DNA from: an uncultured Bacillota bacterium
GTDB lineage: Bacteria; Bacillota; Clostridia; Christensenellales; UBA1242
DNA length: 64,000 nucleotides
Reading direction: 5' to 3'
NCBI GenBank assembly: GCA_947053645.1
Contig: CAMRTM010000003.1
Span: forward strand, 16,232 to 80,231
Shown here: piece after piece, positions 39,435 to 47,534 of the stretch
How the letters are laid out: every line of letters begins with the position of its first letter
How positions within the stretch are numbered: position 1 is the stretch's first letter
Translations under genes and position numbers: made by a program
The notes under the pieces: generated by a model
What the model saw: only the letters and a program-made list of their open reading frames with translations
Databases searched by the model: none
What the model was told of the DNA's origin: nothing

Positions 39435-39965
39435 ATGCCAGATATTAGTTGTGAAGGAAAAATTGAAGCAAGAAGTTTGTTTGTCGATGGCTCAGAAATA
39501 TTTCCAGCAGGCATTGTTTTAGCATTTGGCGGAACTAGTATTCCAGCAGGGTATTTGCTTTGTGATGGAAGGGCAGTGTCAAGAACTCAATATGCTAGAT
39601 TGTTTAATGCAATTGGAACAAGTTATGGAGAAGGAGATGGACTCACATCCTTTAATCTACCAAACCTAATGGATAGGTTTATTCAGGGAAAAAATGAGAT
39701 TGTAAAGGATATTGAAGCAAAGTTACCAAACATTAAAGGTGGTAAGAAGTCGGGAAGCATTTTATATGGTGCAAATACTGAAATGCAGGGAGCGTTTCAG
39801 GGAAAATCTAATACAACAGTATATTCAAGTGTTGGCTCAGGCAGTGGTAAGATTTATTATAGTCCATTAGATTTTGATGCATCAAAGTCTAACCCAATTT
39901 ACAGCGACAATTGTAATACAGTTCAACCCCCAGCAGTTGGTATGAAATATATTATCAAATATTAG
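39435..39965 (+). CDS. Phage tail collar domain protein (fiber-tip-like 1)
   Basis: IVLAFGGTSIPAGYLLCDGRAVSRTQYARLFNAIGTSYGEGDGLTSFNLPNLMDRFIQG is a clear tail-collar motif. N-terminal adaptor motif MPDISCEGKIEA. LPNIKG motif. Confidence 0.75.
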   Translation: MPDISCEGKIEARSLFVDGSEIFPAGIVLAFGGTSIPAGYLLCDGRAVSRTQYARLFNAIGTSYGEGDGLTSFNLPNLMDRFIQGKNEIVKDIEAKLPNIKGGKKSGSILYGANTEMQGAFQGKSNTTVYSSVGSGSGKIYYSPLDFDASKSNPIYSDNCNTVQPPAVGMKYIIKY

Positions 39966-39978
39966 TTGGGAGATTCGT

Positions 39979-40453
39979 ATGAGAATTTTTAATGAAAATA
40001 AAACAAAAGAAATAAAAAAAAGAAGAAGTTGACTCTATAACAGAAAGATTAGTAGAAGATAAACTCTTTATACAACATCACGAAGTCATCCAGGAAATTC
40101 CAAAGCAATCTCATCTTAAGGTAGTTAAGGAATACGATAATGGCGGAAAAGATGTAATAGAAGTGGTTGATGTTGAATATGTGAAACCACAAGAAGCTTA
40201 TGATGAATATGAAGATATCTTAAGAGTAAAAACCTTAACAAAAGAAGAAATATTAAACAATCTTCGAATACTTAGGGAAGAACAGTGTTTTTCTATTGTC
40301 AACAGAGGATTAGTTTGGTATGCACAAATTGATAACAGCCAAAATTTAGAACTTACGCGATGGTATAAAGAATGGTTAGATATTACCGACTAATACACTG
40401 AAGGCGTGGATGTATTGACTATCATTCCAAATAAGCCAGAGTGGTTGAAGTAA
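39979..40453 (+). pseudogene. XkdW-like fiber accessory/chaperone-like gene with an A8 frameshift and an in-frame TAA
   Basis: ATG at 39979 (MRIFNENKTKEIKK) runs into an A8 tract (40014-40021), and the homologous frame continues in +1 (EEVDSITERLVEDKLFIQHHE..). TAA at 40391-40393 is followed in frame by YTEGVDVLTIIPNKPEWLK, which matches the C-terminus (VIPNKPTWLK) of the paralog at 42454-42804. Confidence 0.65.
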
Positions 40454-40462
40454 GGAGGTAAT

Positions 40463-40906
40463 ATGGGGAAATTTAATTGTGAAGGAGAAATCCAACTCTT
40501 TGGTATAAACATATTAGATAAAATCTATCCAATAGGTTCAGTTTATTTATCAGTAAGTCAAACAAGTCCTGCAAGTCTGTTTGGGGGGGGTACGTGGTCT
40601 CAGTTACCAGAGGGACACGCTGTATGGACAGCTTCAAGTGGTGCTGGCGAAACGATTTCAGCAGGTTTGCCAAATATAATCGGTAAAACAACTGATGTAA
40701 TTTTTTATAAAGATGTAATTAGAGGCGAAGGAGCCTTCGTTACTGGAGACACTGCTGCCTATTGGGATAGTAACAAAGGTGGAGATTATGTGGGAAGAAG
40801 AGTGTCGCTTTGGTTTGATGCTTCTTGCTATAACTCGATATATGGGGCATCATCAACAGTTCAACCACAAGCAATAAAAATTTATGCGTGGAAAAGAATT
40901 TCATAA
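40463..40906 (+). CDS. Fiber-tip-like protein 2
   Basis: N-terminal MGKFNCEGEIQ adaptor motif. IYPIGSVYLSVSQTSPASLFGGGTWSQL and LPNIIG motifs common in phage fiber tips. Contains a G8 tract at 40583-40590. Confidence 0.6.
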   Translation: MGKFNCEGEIQLFGINILDKIYPIGSVYLSVSQTSPASLFGGGTWSQLPEGHAVWTASSGAGETISAGLPNIIGKTTDVIFYKDVIRGEGAFVTGDTAAYWDSNKGGDYVGRRVSLWFDASCYNSIYGASSTVQPQAIKIYAWKRIS

Positions 40907-40919
40907 ATAGGAGGAAATT

Positions 40920-41456
40920 ATGGGCAATGCAAATATTGAAGGAAAATTAAAAGTCGATGGAAAATTAGAGGCTTTTGGTGTAATACCAATTGGTGGAGTT
41001 ATTCCATATTTTGGAACAAACACACCAAAAGGTTGGTTATTCTGTGATGGGAGTGTGTTTGATACTACTTTTTATCCAGAACTTTATTCCGTGTTAGGAA
41101 GTAATACCTTGCCAAAGATATCCGATAATAGATATTTGGAGGGGGCATCAATACCTAATGTACCACAAGATGCATCTATTCCTAACATTAAAGGGGAAGT
41201 TACTATTAAGGGAATTGATTCAAGTAGATTGTATATTGATCATACTGAAAACCAAATTGTTCAAGGAGCTAATAACGCACTTAGTGGTGGTAATAGTGCA
41301 TGTTGTATGCGTGTGGCAAGTTACAAAGAAAATACTGCATATAAGCAACATAAAACATTAGTCTTTGATGCAAACAAATACAACAATGTTTATAACGATA
41401 CTAATATTTTAAGACCTAAGTCAGTAACGGTTAGATATTTGATAAGGGCAAAGTAG
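40920..41456 (+). CDS. Phage tail collar domain protein (fiber-tip-like 3)
   Basis: MGNANIEGKLK adaptor motif. IPIGGVIPYFGTNTPKGWLFCDGSVFDTTFYPELYSVLG collar motif. IPNIKG. Confidence 0.7.
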   Translation: MGNANIEGKLKVDGKLEAFGVIPIGGVIPYFGTNTPKGWLFCDGSVFDTTFYPELYSVLGSNTLPKISDNRYLEGASIPNVPQDASIPNIKGEVTIKGIDSSRLYIDHTENQIVQGANNALSGGNSACCMRVASYKENTAYKQHKTLVFDANKYNNVYNDTNILRPKSVTVRYLIRAK

Positions 41457-41465
41457 GAGGAATTT

Positions 41466-41786
41466 ATGGTAAGTGAGAATGAACTTGTATCTCTTATTGA
41501 TAAGGATAATGTAATTTACAATGTTTTAAAAGCAGAAAGATTAAATTATCCAGATAGAGAAGCAACACTTGAAGAAATTGAGTGTAGAAAACAAGAGGAA
41601 CAAAAGGAAAAACAAATTGGAATACTTAAACAAAGGCTAAGAGACTATAGTGATGATATAGTTCAAGATATGGCAGGAGAAATCGTTCCAGATATTGAAA
41701 AAAGAAAACTTGAATTTATGAGAACCCACGATTTGTTAAGAGCCTTATTAAATATGCCTATTAGGGATAAGAAAGGAGAAATATAA
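41466..41786 (+). CDS. Small acidic accessory protein (chaperone-like)
   Basis: 106 aa, charged and coiled. Sits directly after a fiber-tip gene, in the same position as the XkdW-like genes. Confidence 0.35.
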   Translation: MVSENELVSLIDKDNVIYNVLKAERLNYPDREATLEEIECRKQEEQKEKQIGILKQRLRDYSDDIVQDMAGEIVPDIEKRKLEFMRTHDLLRALLNMPIRDKKGEI

Positions 41787-42457
41787 TGGCAAAAGCAAAT
41801 ATAGAAGGAAATGTTAAAGCTGAAAGTTTGGAAGTCTCAGGTAAAATTCAAGCGAAGACTTTGGATTTGGAGGGTGCGTTTACCGCACTTAAGAGTATTG
41901 GTGGGGGATTTTCAATATCCGACCCAGTAAATGTGGGATTAGAGTTGGGTAGAAGAGATGGAACACCAGGCACTCCATATATTGACTTCCATACAGATGG
42001 ACAAGCAAATACAGATTATAATGCAAGAATTATTGCACATAGCAATTATTTAGATATAGCATCTGCTGGAGGTTTAAAGATTAATGGAAATTCCGTAGAT
42101 GCTCTAATGATGGCTATGATGGGAAATAATTGGTCTGCATTTTCGACCTATGGAAAAGTTACTAAACTTGTAGACGGGAATATTGCATCTGGTAATATAG
42201 GAATTGGTGCGCCACTTTTGAACTATGATATTATTTTCGTTTGCGGAACAGAGGATAATAACAATGGAACTACTTGGACTTGTATACCTGTTTGGCAACT
42301 TAGTGAGGCTTTAACACAAAATCCAAATGGCAATACAGCTTTGTGGTTTAATTCTCAGGCTTTTTGGTATGTAAAAAACTCATCATTTAATACAACAACA
42401 CTAACAGTCTTTTCAGAATGTGCAAAAATATATAAAATAATAGGAGTGAAACTATGA
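41786..42457 (+). CDS. Fiber-tip-like protein 4 (paralog of 42814-43452)
   Basis: MAKANIEGNVKAESLEVSG..GTPGTPYIDFHTDG..TDYN.R. The first ~85 aa are nearly the same as the paralog; the C-terminal ~135 aa are unrelated. Confidence 0.6.
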   Translation: MAKANIEGNVKAESLEVSGKIQAKTLDLEGAFTALKSIGGGFSISDPVNVGLELGRRDGTPGTPYIDFHTDGQANTDYNARIIAHSNYLDIASAGGLKINGNSVDALMMAMMGNNWSAFSTYGKVTKLVDGNIASGNIGIGAPLLNYDIIFVCGTEDNNNGTTWTCIPVWQLSEALTQNPNGNTALWFNSQAFWYVKNSSFNTTTLTVFSECAKIYKIIGVKL

Positions 42458-42804
42458 TTAAGTACGAATTAGATGAAAACAATTTCTTAACTGGGAATTT
42501 TGCTTATGTTGGACAATTTGAAAGATTTGTGGAATTAGATAAAGAACTTAACGAAGTAAATAAAAATTTGCAATGGAATGGCACAAACTTCATTTTGTCG
42601 ACAAATCCAAAAGAAGTAGAAAGAGAACTTCGTGTGTTAAGAGAAGAAAGAGAGAAAGAATGTTTTTCTTTCATAAACAGAGGACAAATGTGGTATGAAA
42701 CGCTAAGTTATGAACAAAAACAAGAACTAAGAAATTGGTATATTCAATGGCTTGATGTAACAGAAACAAAAGTAATTCCAAATAAACCAACATGGTTAAA
42801 ATAG
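42454..42804 (+). CDS. XkdW-like fiber accessory/chaperone-like protein (intact)
   Basis: ..LRVLREEREKECFSFINRGQMWYETLSYEQKQELRNWYIQWLDVTETKVIPNKPTWLK. Paralog of the disrupted gene at 39979-40453. Confidence 0.5.
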   Translation: MIKYELDENNFLTGNFAYVGQFERFVELDKELNEVNKNLQWNGTNFILSTNPKEVERELRVLREEREKECFSFINRGQMWYETLSYEQKQELRNWYIQWLDVTETKVIPNKPTWLK

Positions 42805-42813
42805 GGGGAGTAC

Positions 42814-43452
42814 ATGGCAAAAGCGAATATAGAAGGAAATGTTAAAGCTGAAAGTTTAGAAGTTTCAGGTAACATTAAAGGCAATACGTTAGATTTAGAA
42901 GGCTCTTTTACAGCTCTTAAAAATAAAGGTGGTGGTTTTTCTATCTCAGATCCAGTAAATGTTGGTATAGAACTTGGGAGAAAAGATGGAACACCAGGTA
43001 CTCCATATATTGATTTTCATACAGACGGAAAGCCAGAAACAGATTATAACTCAAGATTAATTGCTGTTGGAGATATGTTAAGCTTAAATTCTTCTGAACT
43101 TCGTCTTAATGGGCCAACAGCAAGATTTAGTATAAATGGTGTTCGTCTTGGAGATTATGGGATTGAAATATTATCTAAAGCAGAAAGGGATTTACCAGTA
43201 GGCACTAATATAAGTTTAACACAACCGATTACGAATTTTAGTGCATTGGCAATAGCAATTGAACGCGATAATGTTATTAATGATATAAAATACTATCCAG
43301 TTTCACTTATAAAAGCATATATGAATAATTATGCTTTTACATGTCAAGGTTATGGTAATACATCATGTAAGTTCAGATTTACTGATATACAGCATATAAA
43401 CTTTCAAGCACATTATTATACTGGCTGGTTTCGTATATTTGGAATTGTGTAA
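42814..43452 (+). CDS. Fiber-tip-like protein 5 (paralog of 41786-42457)
   Basis: Same N-terminal module MAKANIEGNVKAESLEVSG..GTPGTPYIDFHTDG.., with a different C-terminal domain. Confidence 0.6.
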   Translation: MAKANIEGNVKAESLEVSGNIKGNTLDLEGSFTALKNKGGGFSISDPVNVGIELGRKDGTPGTPYIDFHTDGKPETDYNSRLIAVGDMLSLNSSELRLNGPTARFSINGVRLGDYGIEILSKAERDLPVGTNISLTQPITNFSALAIAIERDNVINDIKYYPVSLIKAYMNNYAFTCQGYGNTSCKFRFTDIQHINFQAHYYTGWFRIFGIV

Positions 43453-43473
43453 GTAAAAAAAAGATTAATTAGT

Positions 43474-43506
43474 AAAAAAAGATACTCATTTCTGAGTATC
43501 TTTTTT
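43474..43506. terminator. Bidirectional terminator at the convergence point of the two island operons
   Basis: aaaaaaa-gatactca-tttc-tgagtatc-tttttt. Confidence 0.75.
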
Positions 43507-44097
43507 ATGTTTCTCTTTTTTTGGAGGGTTGTAAGCATACCAAGATTTCATTATTTCGTTAACATCTAATGAGTTTTTGCATTTCGACTCTACCATATTA
43601 AAGCTAATAAATGTTAGTAATTTTCGAACTTGATTTTTTGTATAATGATTAATACACATTCTTTCTTTTTTGTTATTAACCAATGTGAATTCCAAATACT
43701 TTTTAGGCATAGAGGATGAAACCCACTTCAATTGTATTTTTTTATTTTTAGAGTTTTTTTCGCTCGCAATAATTGATATATTTTGAATATCAATATATTT
43801 AATTTTGCATTTATACTGAATTTTTTCAAATTTTGGAAGCATATCGCCAAAAGTATATATATCTTCTTTCCTTAGATGAATTTTAAAGCATAGTAAAAAC
43901 CTTATAGAAGTATAAAGGAGAAAAATTATTGCCAACACAAATATTACGTGTTCGTGTGGTTGCAAGTGTAATGAGGGGATTTCGACTCCACAAAGAGGTA
44001 AGATGGAGATTGTCAAGTACAGTATTGACAACCCCCAAAAGAAACAATTTAACAGTATAAAGCCAATAGAATGAGGGACAAAAACTCTTTTTTTCAT
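43486..44097 (-). CDS. Membrane protein, candidate immunity for orphan toxin 3
   Basis: Three N-terminal TM segments plus a PH-like soluble domain. Lies immediately downstream of orphan rhs-CT 3. Confidence 0.45.
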   Translation of the reverse strand: MKKRVFVPHSIGFILLNCFFWGLSILYLTISILPLCGVEIPSLHLQPHEHVIFVLAIIFLLYTSIRFLLCFKIHLRKEDIYTFGDMLPKFEKIQYKCKIKYIDIQNISIIASEKNSKNKKIQLKWVSSSMPKKYLEFTLVNNKKERMCINHYTKNQVRKLLTFISFNMVESKCKNSLDVNEIMKSWYAYNPPKKEKHKKDTQK

Positions 44098-44108
44098 TTA
44101 TACTCCTT

Positions 44109-45056
44109 TTATGTTAAAGCGGTTTTGAATATGTCAATGACTGATCCGTATAATGCCAAACCAAACATCTTTCCAAAGGTTTTCCAAGAGATATGCCTAA
44201 TTAAATCTCTTCTAAATTTTGTGTAAATCTGATCAGTTATTGCACTCCAACTTCCTCTACCATAGGTAATACCTTTAACTGAATATTTCGTATTTATTAT
44301 ACCAACGAATGCCATAGAAACAAAACCATTAATTGCGCCGTTTACTAAAGAACCAACGAGATTAAATTCCGTACCATAAATAGCATGATTAAAGGCATCA
44401 CTTAGGACGGTAGATACTAAGCCAGTTACGAAAGCAGAAATATAAGTACCTACTCCAGGGATGATGGAGAAAGCTCCACCTATAAATCCGCCAATAGTAC
44501 TGCCCAGGAAATCTCCCCAAGACCATTCCCATTTGCCAGTTACAATACCTTTAACTACAACTGATGCTGTATATGAGACTGCTCCTACAGCGGCACCAAT
44601 GGCGGCTGCAATTAGCAATCCAATAAGGAAGCTTAAGAAATAGCCGTTTTCATCAACACCATTTACAGGATTGTTTAAACAATATGCATAAAGGTTTAGT
44701 CCATTAATGGTAATTTTTGTTATGTCAAGTGTAGTAATATCATCTGCATTAATAAATCTGCCAAGTTCAGGATCGTAATACCTACTATTTAAGTAATAAA
44801 GATTAGTTTCAAAATCATAGTAGTAACTGCGATATCTAAATGGATTTTTAAAAGTAATAAACGCATTTATATTACTAATATCATTATACTTAAAATCATC
44901 ATCAATTGCAACAAAATCATAAGTTATCTTACCATCATTTGTGATTTTTTCACCCCAAAATTCCAGTTTCTGATTTCCCCAAGCATCATATGTATAACGA
45001 GATATTTGTTTACCAGTTGAATCATATATGCCAATTATATCATTTTGAGCATTTTC
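44109..45056 (-). CDS. Orphan rhs C-terminal cassette 3 (core-end fragment + Gly-zipper/hydrophobic toxin domain)
   Basis: I traced a continuous frame from 45056, directly after a TAA. It reads ..NDIIGIYDSTGKQISRYTYDAWGN..FKNPFRYRSYYYDFETNLYYLNSRYYDPELGRFINADD..LYAYCLNNPVNGVDENG, then a G/A/I-rich hydrophobic domain. There is no start codon until a TTG at 44618. Confidence 0.75.
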   Translation of the reverse strand, partial: ENAQNDIIGIYDSTGKQISRYTYDAWGNQKLEFWGEKITNDGKITYDFVAIDDDFKYNDISNINAFITFKNPFRYRSYYYDFETNLYYLNSRYYDPELGRFINADDITTLDITKITINGLNLYAYCLNNPVNGVDENGYFLSFLIGLLIAAAIGAAVGAVSYTASVVVKGIVTGKWEWSWGDFLGSTIGGFIGGAFSIIPGVGTYISAFVTGLVSTVLSDAFNHAIYGTEFNLVGSLVNGAINGFVSMAFVGIINTKYSVKGITYGRGSWSAITDQIYTKFRRDLIRHISWKTFGKMFGLALYGSVIDIFKTALT

Positions 45057-45167
45057 TTATACTAATCTTATGAACAGAAATAAAAATTAAAAGGATTAAT
45101 CATTTTTAGTTAGATGTATCAGAAATAAAAGTGATTTGCACAAAACTAATTTGTTTAATATAGATAT

Positions 45168-45201
45168 AAAAAAGATAGACTTATTTTAGCCTATCTTTTT
45201 T
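45168..45201. terminator. Hairpin terminator closing orphan cassette 2
   Basis: aaaaaagatag-acttattttagc-ctatctttttt. Confidence 0.6.
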
Positions 45202-45223
45202 ATACTCAATTTTATATTATTTG

Positions 45224-45658
45224 TTATGATAATTTTTTAATAACAGAGTATTCATCATAAATTGTTTTATCAAAGATAATCCCGCAATCAGTAAAACTAT
45301 TTTCAAAATAGATGAGAGCATTATATTTTTCAATGTCTTTGTTTGAATTTAGAATTATATTCTGATCAAAAATGTAAAATGATAAGTTTACAATATTATT
45401 GTAGAATTCATTTGATAGGATTAATTCCACATCATTTATACTTTTAAGAAGATAGAAATTTTCAAAATTTAAAAGGCTCTTATAGTTTCCAGGAATACAT
45501 TCACGAAAAAAGCCTGTGAATACAACTTTAGCACCTTTATTTGCAAAAGAGTATAAAATCTTCTTTGCTTCTTGTAATGAAAAATCTTCACCATCCGATA
45601 GCTTAATGAAATATTGTTTTTTTCTTCCGAGATAAAAATAGTTTTTCTTGATTTTCAT
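45224..45658 (-). CDS. Hypothetical cytoplasmic protein, candidate immunity (cassette 2, second gene)
   Basis: ATG at 45658 has AAGGAG upstream. No TM segments. Position within the cassette. Confidence 0.4.
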   Translation of the reverse strand: MKIKKNYFYLGRKKQYFIKLSDGEDFSLQEAKKILYSFANKGAKVVFTGFFRECIPGNYKSLLNFENFYLLKSINDVELILSNEFYNNIVNLSFYIFDQNIILNSNKDIEKYNALIYFENSFTDCGIIFDKTIYDEYSVIKKLS

Positions 45659-45751
45659 AATATCTCCTTTTATCTTGTACCTCCTATGAGTCCACCTATA
45701 ATAGCCCCAAGTTGTTAATAAGATAAATTTGAGCAAACTTTTTATTCTTGA

Positions 45752-46045
45752 TTAATTTTTATTTTCTTTTTCTATAATTACAAATGAAGAGTCTTTTGAA
45801 AGATGTCCAAAAGTATTAGGGGTTAATGGATCTAAATGAATAGAAAAATCGTTATCTAGTTTATTTTCTGAAATCGTTATCAGTAATTTTGCTAAAGATA
45901 ATAAATCTTTTTGTTCTCCATTTATAATAATATATTTTGATTTACTATCAAATTTAATCGATAGACCAGATAAGTCTATGTCTTTTAAGACAGATGATTT
46001 ATTAATTTCTTTGTCATCAAGTATATTGATTTCAATTTTTTTCAT
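45752..46045 (-). CDS. Small protein, candidate immunity for orphan toxin 2
   Basis: 97 aa. Starts 10 nt after the orphan 2 stop, with GGAGGA RBS. Confidence 0.45.
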   Translation of the reverse strand: MKKIEINILDDKEINKSSVLKDIDLSGLSIKFDSKSKYIIINGEQKDLLSLAKLLITISENKLDNDFSIHLDPLTPNTFGHLSKDSSFVIIEKENKN

Positions 46046-46054
46046 ATTATCCTC

Positions 46055-46957
46055 CTATTTAATTACTGACCACCATTTAAATAGTTTGTAAAACAAATGA
46101 TTATTTCCACCTGGCAATATATAGTTCCCCTTTGAACCTATTGGGAAAGCCCAGCTTTCTAGATTAAAGTGAGGTCCATATTTTCCATGACCTTTATAAT
46201 CCCATCTTAACTGTCGCATACCATCTTTAGAAATCCATCTCTTATTTCCAACTTTGTTATATCCTTTTCCTAAAAACTTTTGCCCCTGCTTTGCTGCCTT
46301 AAATTGACCTGTGGAGTGGTAAACTCCTAAAATCATACTTCCAACAGCAGCAACACCTTCGGTAATTCCACTAAACCAATTGTAAGCAGTTTCGTTGCCT
46401 TGGAATATGCCATCGCGTATAAAGTTATAGTTTGTACCTGCTTCGATTAATGTCGCGATTCCATCAACTGCAGTTAAAACGCCTGCCACCAATGTTACCC
46501 CAGCGACAATCCCCATTAATAACGGAATTCCTGCTCCAAATGTTGTGACAGCTAATACGATAGCAGTTACTGCTGTGAAGATTTTTCCAATTGCCTTCCA
46601 GAACTTTTTCCAGCTCCAATTTCCAGTAGTGTCTGAATCATTTACAGGGTTATTAAAACAGTAAGCATAAAGATTTAATCCATTAAGTTCATCCATTGTT
46701 TCTGTTAAAATAGAAACATCATCTGCATTAATGAATCTACCAATTTCAGGATCGTAATATCTACTATTTAAGTAATATAAATTGGTTTCAAAGTCATAAT
46801 AGTAACTACGATATCTGAATGGATTTTTGAAAGCAATGAAAGCATTGATTTCACTAATATCATTATACTTAAAAGCATCATGGAATACAACATATTCTTC
46901 GATAATTTCTCCATTTTCTTTGATGTTTTTGCCCAAATATTCAGTTTTTACATTTCC
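46055..46957 (-). CDS. Orphan rhs C-terminal cassette 2 (core-end fragment + TM segment + C-terminal toxin-like domain)
   Basis: Frame opens at 46957, right after a TAG. GNVKTEYLGKNIKENGEIIEEYVVFHDAFKYNDISEINAFIAFKNPFRYRSYYYDFETNLYYLNSRYYDPEIGRFINADD..NNPVNDSDTTG, then hydrophobic helices and ..RWDYKGHGKYGPHFNLE... The track start is a TTG at 46936. Confidence 0.75.
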   Translation of the reverse strand, partial: GNVKTEYLGKNIKENGEIIEEYVVFHDAFKYNDISEINAFIAFKNPFRYRSYYYDFETNLYYLNSRYYDPEIGRFINADDVSILTETMDELNGLNLYAYCFNNPVNDSDTTGNWSWKKFWKAIGKIFTAVTAIVLAVTTFGAGIPLLMGIVAGVTLVAGVLTAVDGIATLIEAGTNYNFIRDGIFQGNETAYNWFSGITEGVAAVGSMILGVYHSTGQFKAAKQGQKFLGKGYNKVGNKRWISKDGMRQLRWDYKGHGKYGPHFNLESWAFPIGSKGNYILPGGNNHLFYKLFKWWSVIK

Positions 46958-46958
46958 C
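46821..46958 (-). repeat. Recombination-grade homology block shared with the main rhs gene
   Basis: Hand alignment: 137 of 138 nt identical to 49914-50051. Homology continues with more mismatches down to about 46700. Confidence 0.85.
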
Positions 46959-47010
46959 TAATTTAATATAATTTGGATTAAAAGGAAAAGATTGAAAAGT
47001 TTTTAGGTAA

Positions 47011-47043
47011 TAAAAAACATTGGCATAACCACCAATGTTTTTT
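47011..47043. terminator. Hairpin terminator closing orphan cassette 1
   Basis: aaaaaacattgg-cataacca-ccaatgtttttt. Confidence 0.75.
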
Positions 47044-47100
47044 ACGACATTAAAATAGGAGTAAGTTGTAAACTCAAGTTTATTATTGAAATCTGATTTT

Positions 47101-47490
47101 TTAGAATGTGTCAATTATTGTTTTTTTAGATGTAAAAACCTTTACATTAGGTTTACCTTCCCACTTATCTTTATTAAAAGATTTCTTATCAACAAATTTG
47201 AAAGGTCTTTTAAGGGGAGTTATTCTCTTGTATTGAATGACAATCATATTTCTTAATGTCTCTATTATAAAATTAAGAATATCTTGATCTTCTATTCCAT
47301 AGTAAAAGATTGAATTTATATATACATTAAAGAGCCCATTATTTTTATCAAAACAAATTTCCATTCTAAAATCTTCATGGAATATTATTTTAATTATGTT
47401 GTGAATAATTGAAACTTTTGACTTTAATTCATTTTCGGTTGATAATTGATTGTACAAATCAGTTATTGTCTCTACAAATCCATTTTTCAT
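47101..47490 (-). CDS. Hypothetical cytoplasmic protein, candidate immunity for orphan toxin 1
   Basis: 129 aa, immediately downstream of orphan 1. No recognisable motif. Confidence 0.4.
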   Translation of the reverse strand: MKNGFVETITDLYNQLSTENELKSKVSIIHNIIKIIFHEDFRMEICFDKNNGLFNVYINSIFYYGIEDQDILNFIIETLRNMIVIQYKRITPLKRPFKFVDKKSFNKDKWEGKPNVKVFTSKKTIIDTF

Positions 47491-47534
47491 AGCATTTTCT
47501 CCTATAATTTGTTTTATTTATTTTTAATCAAGCT

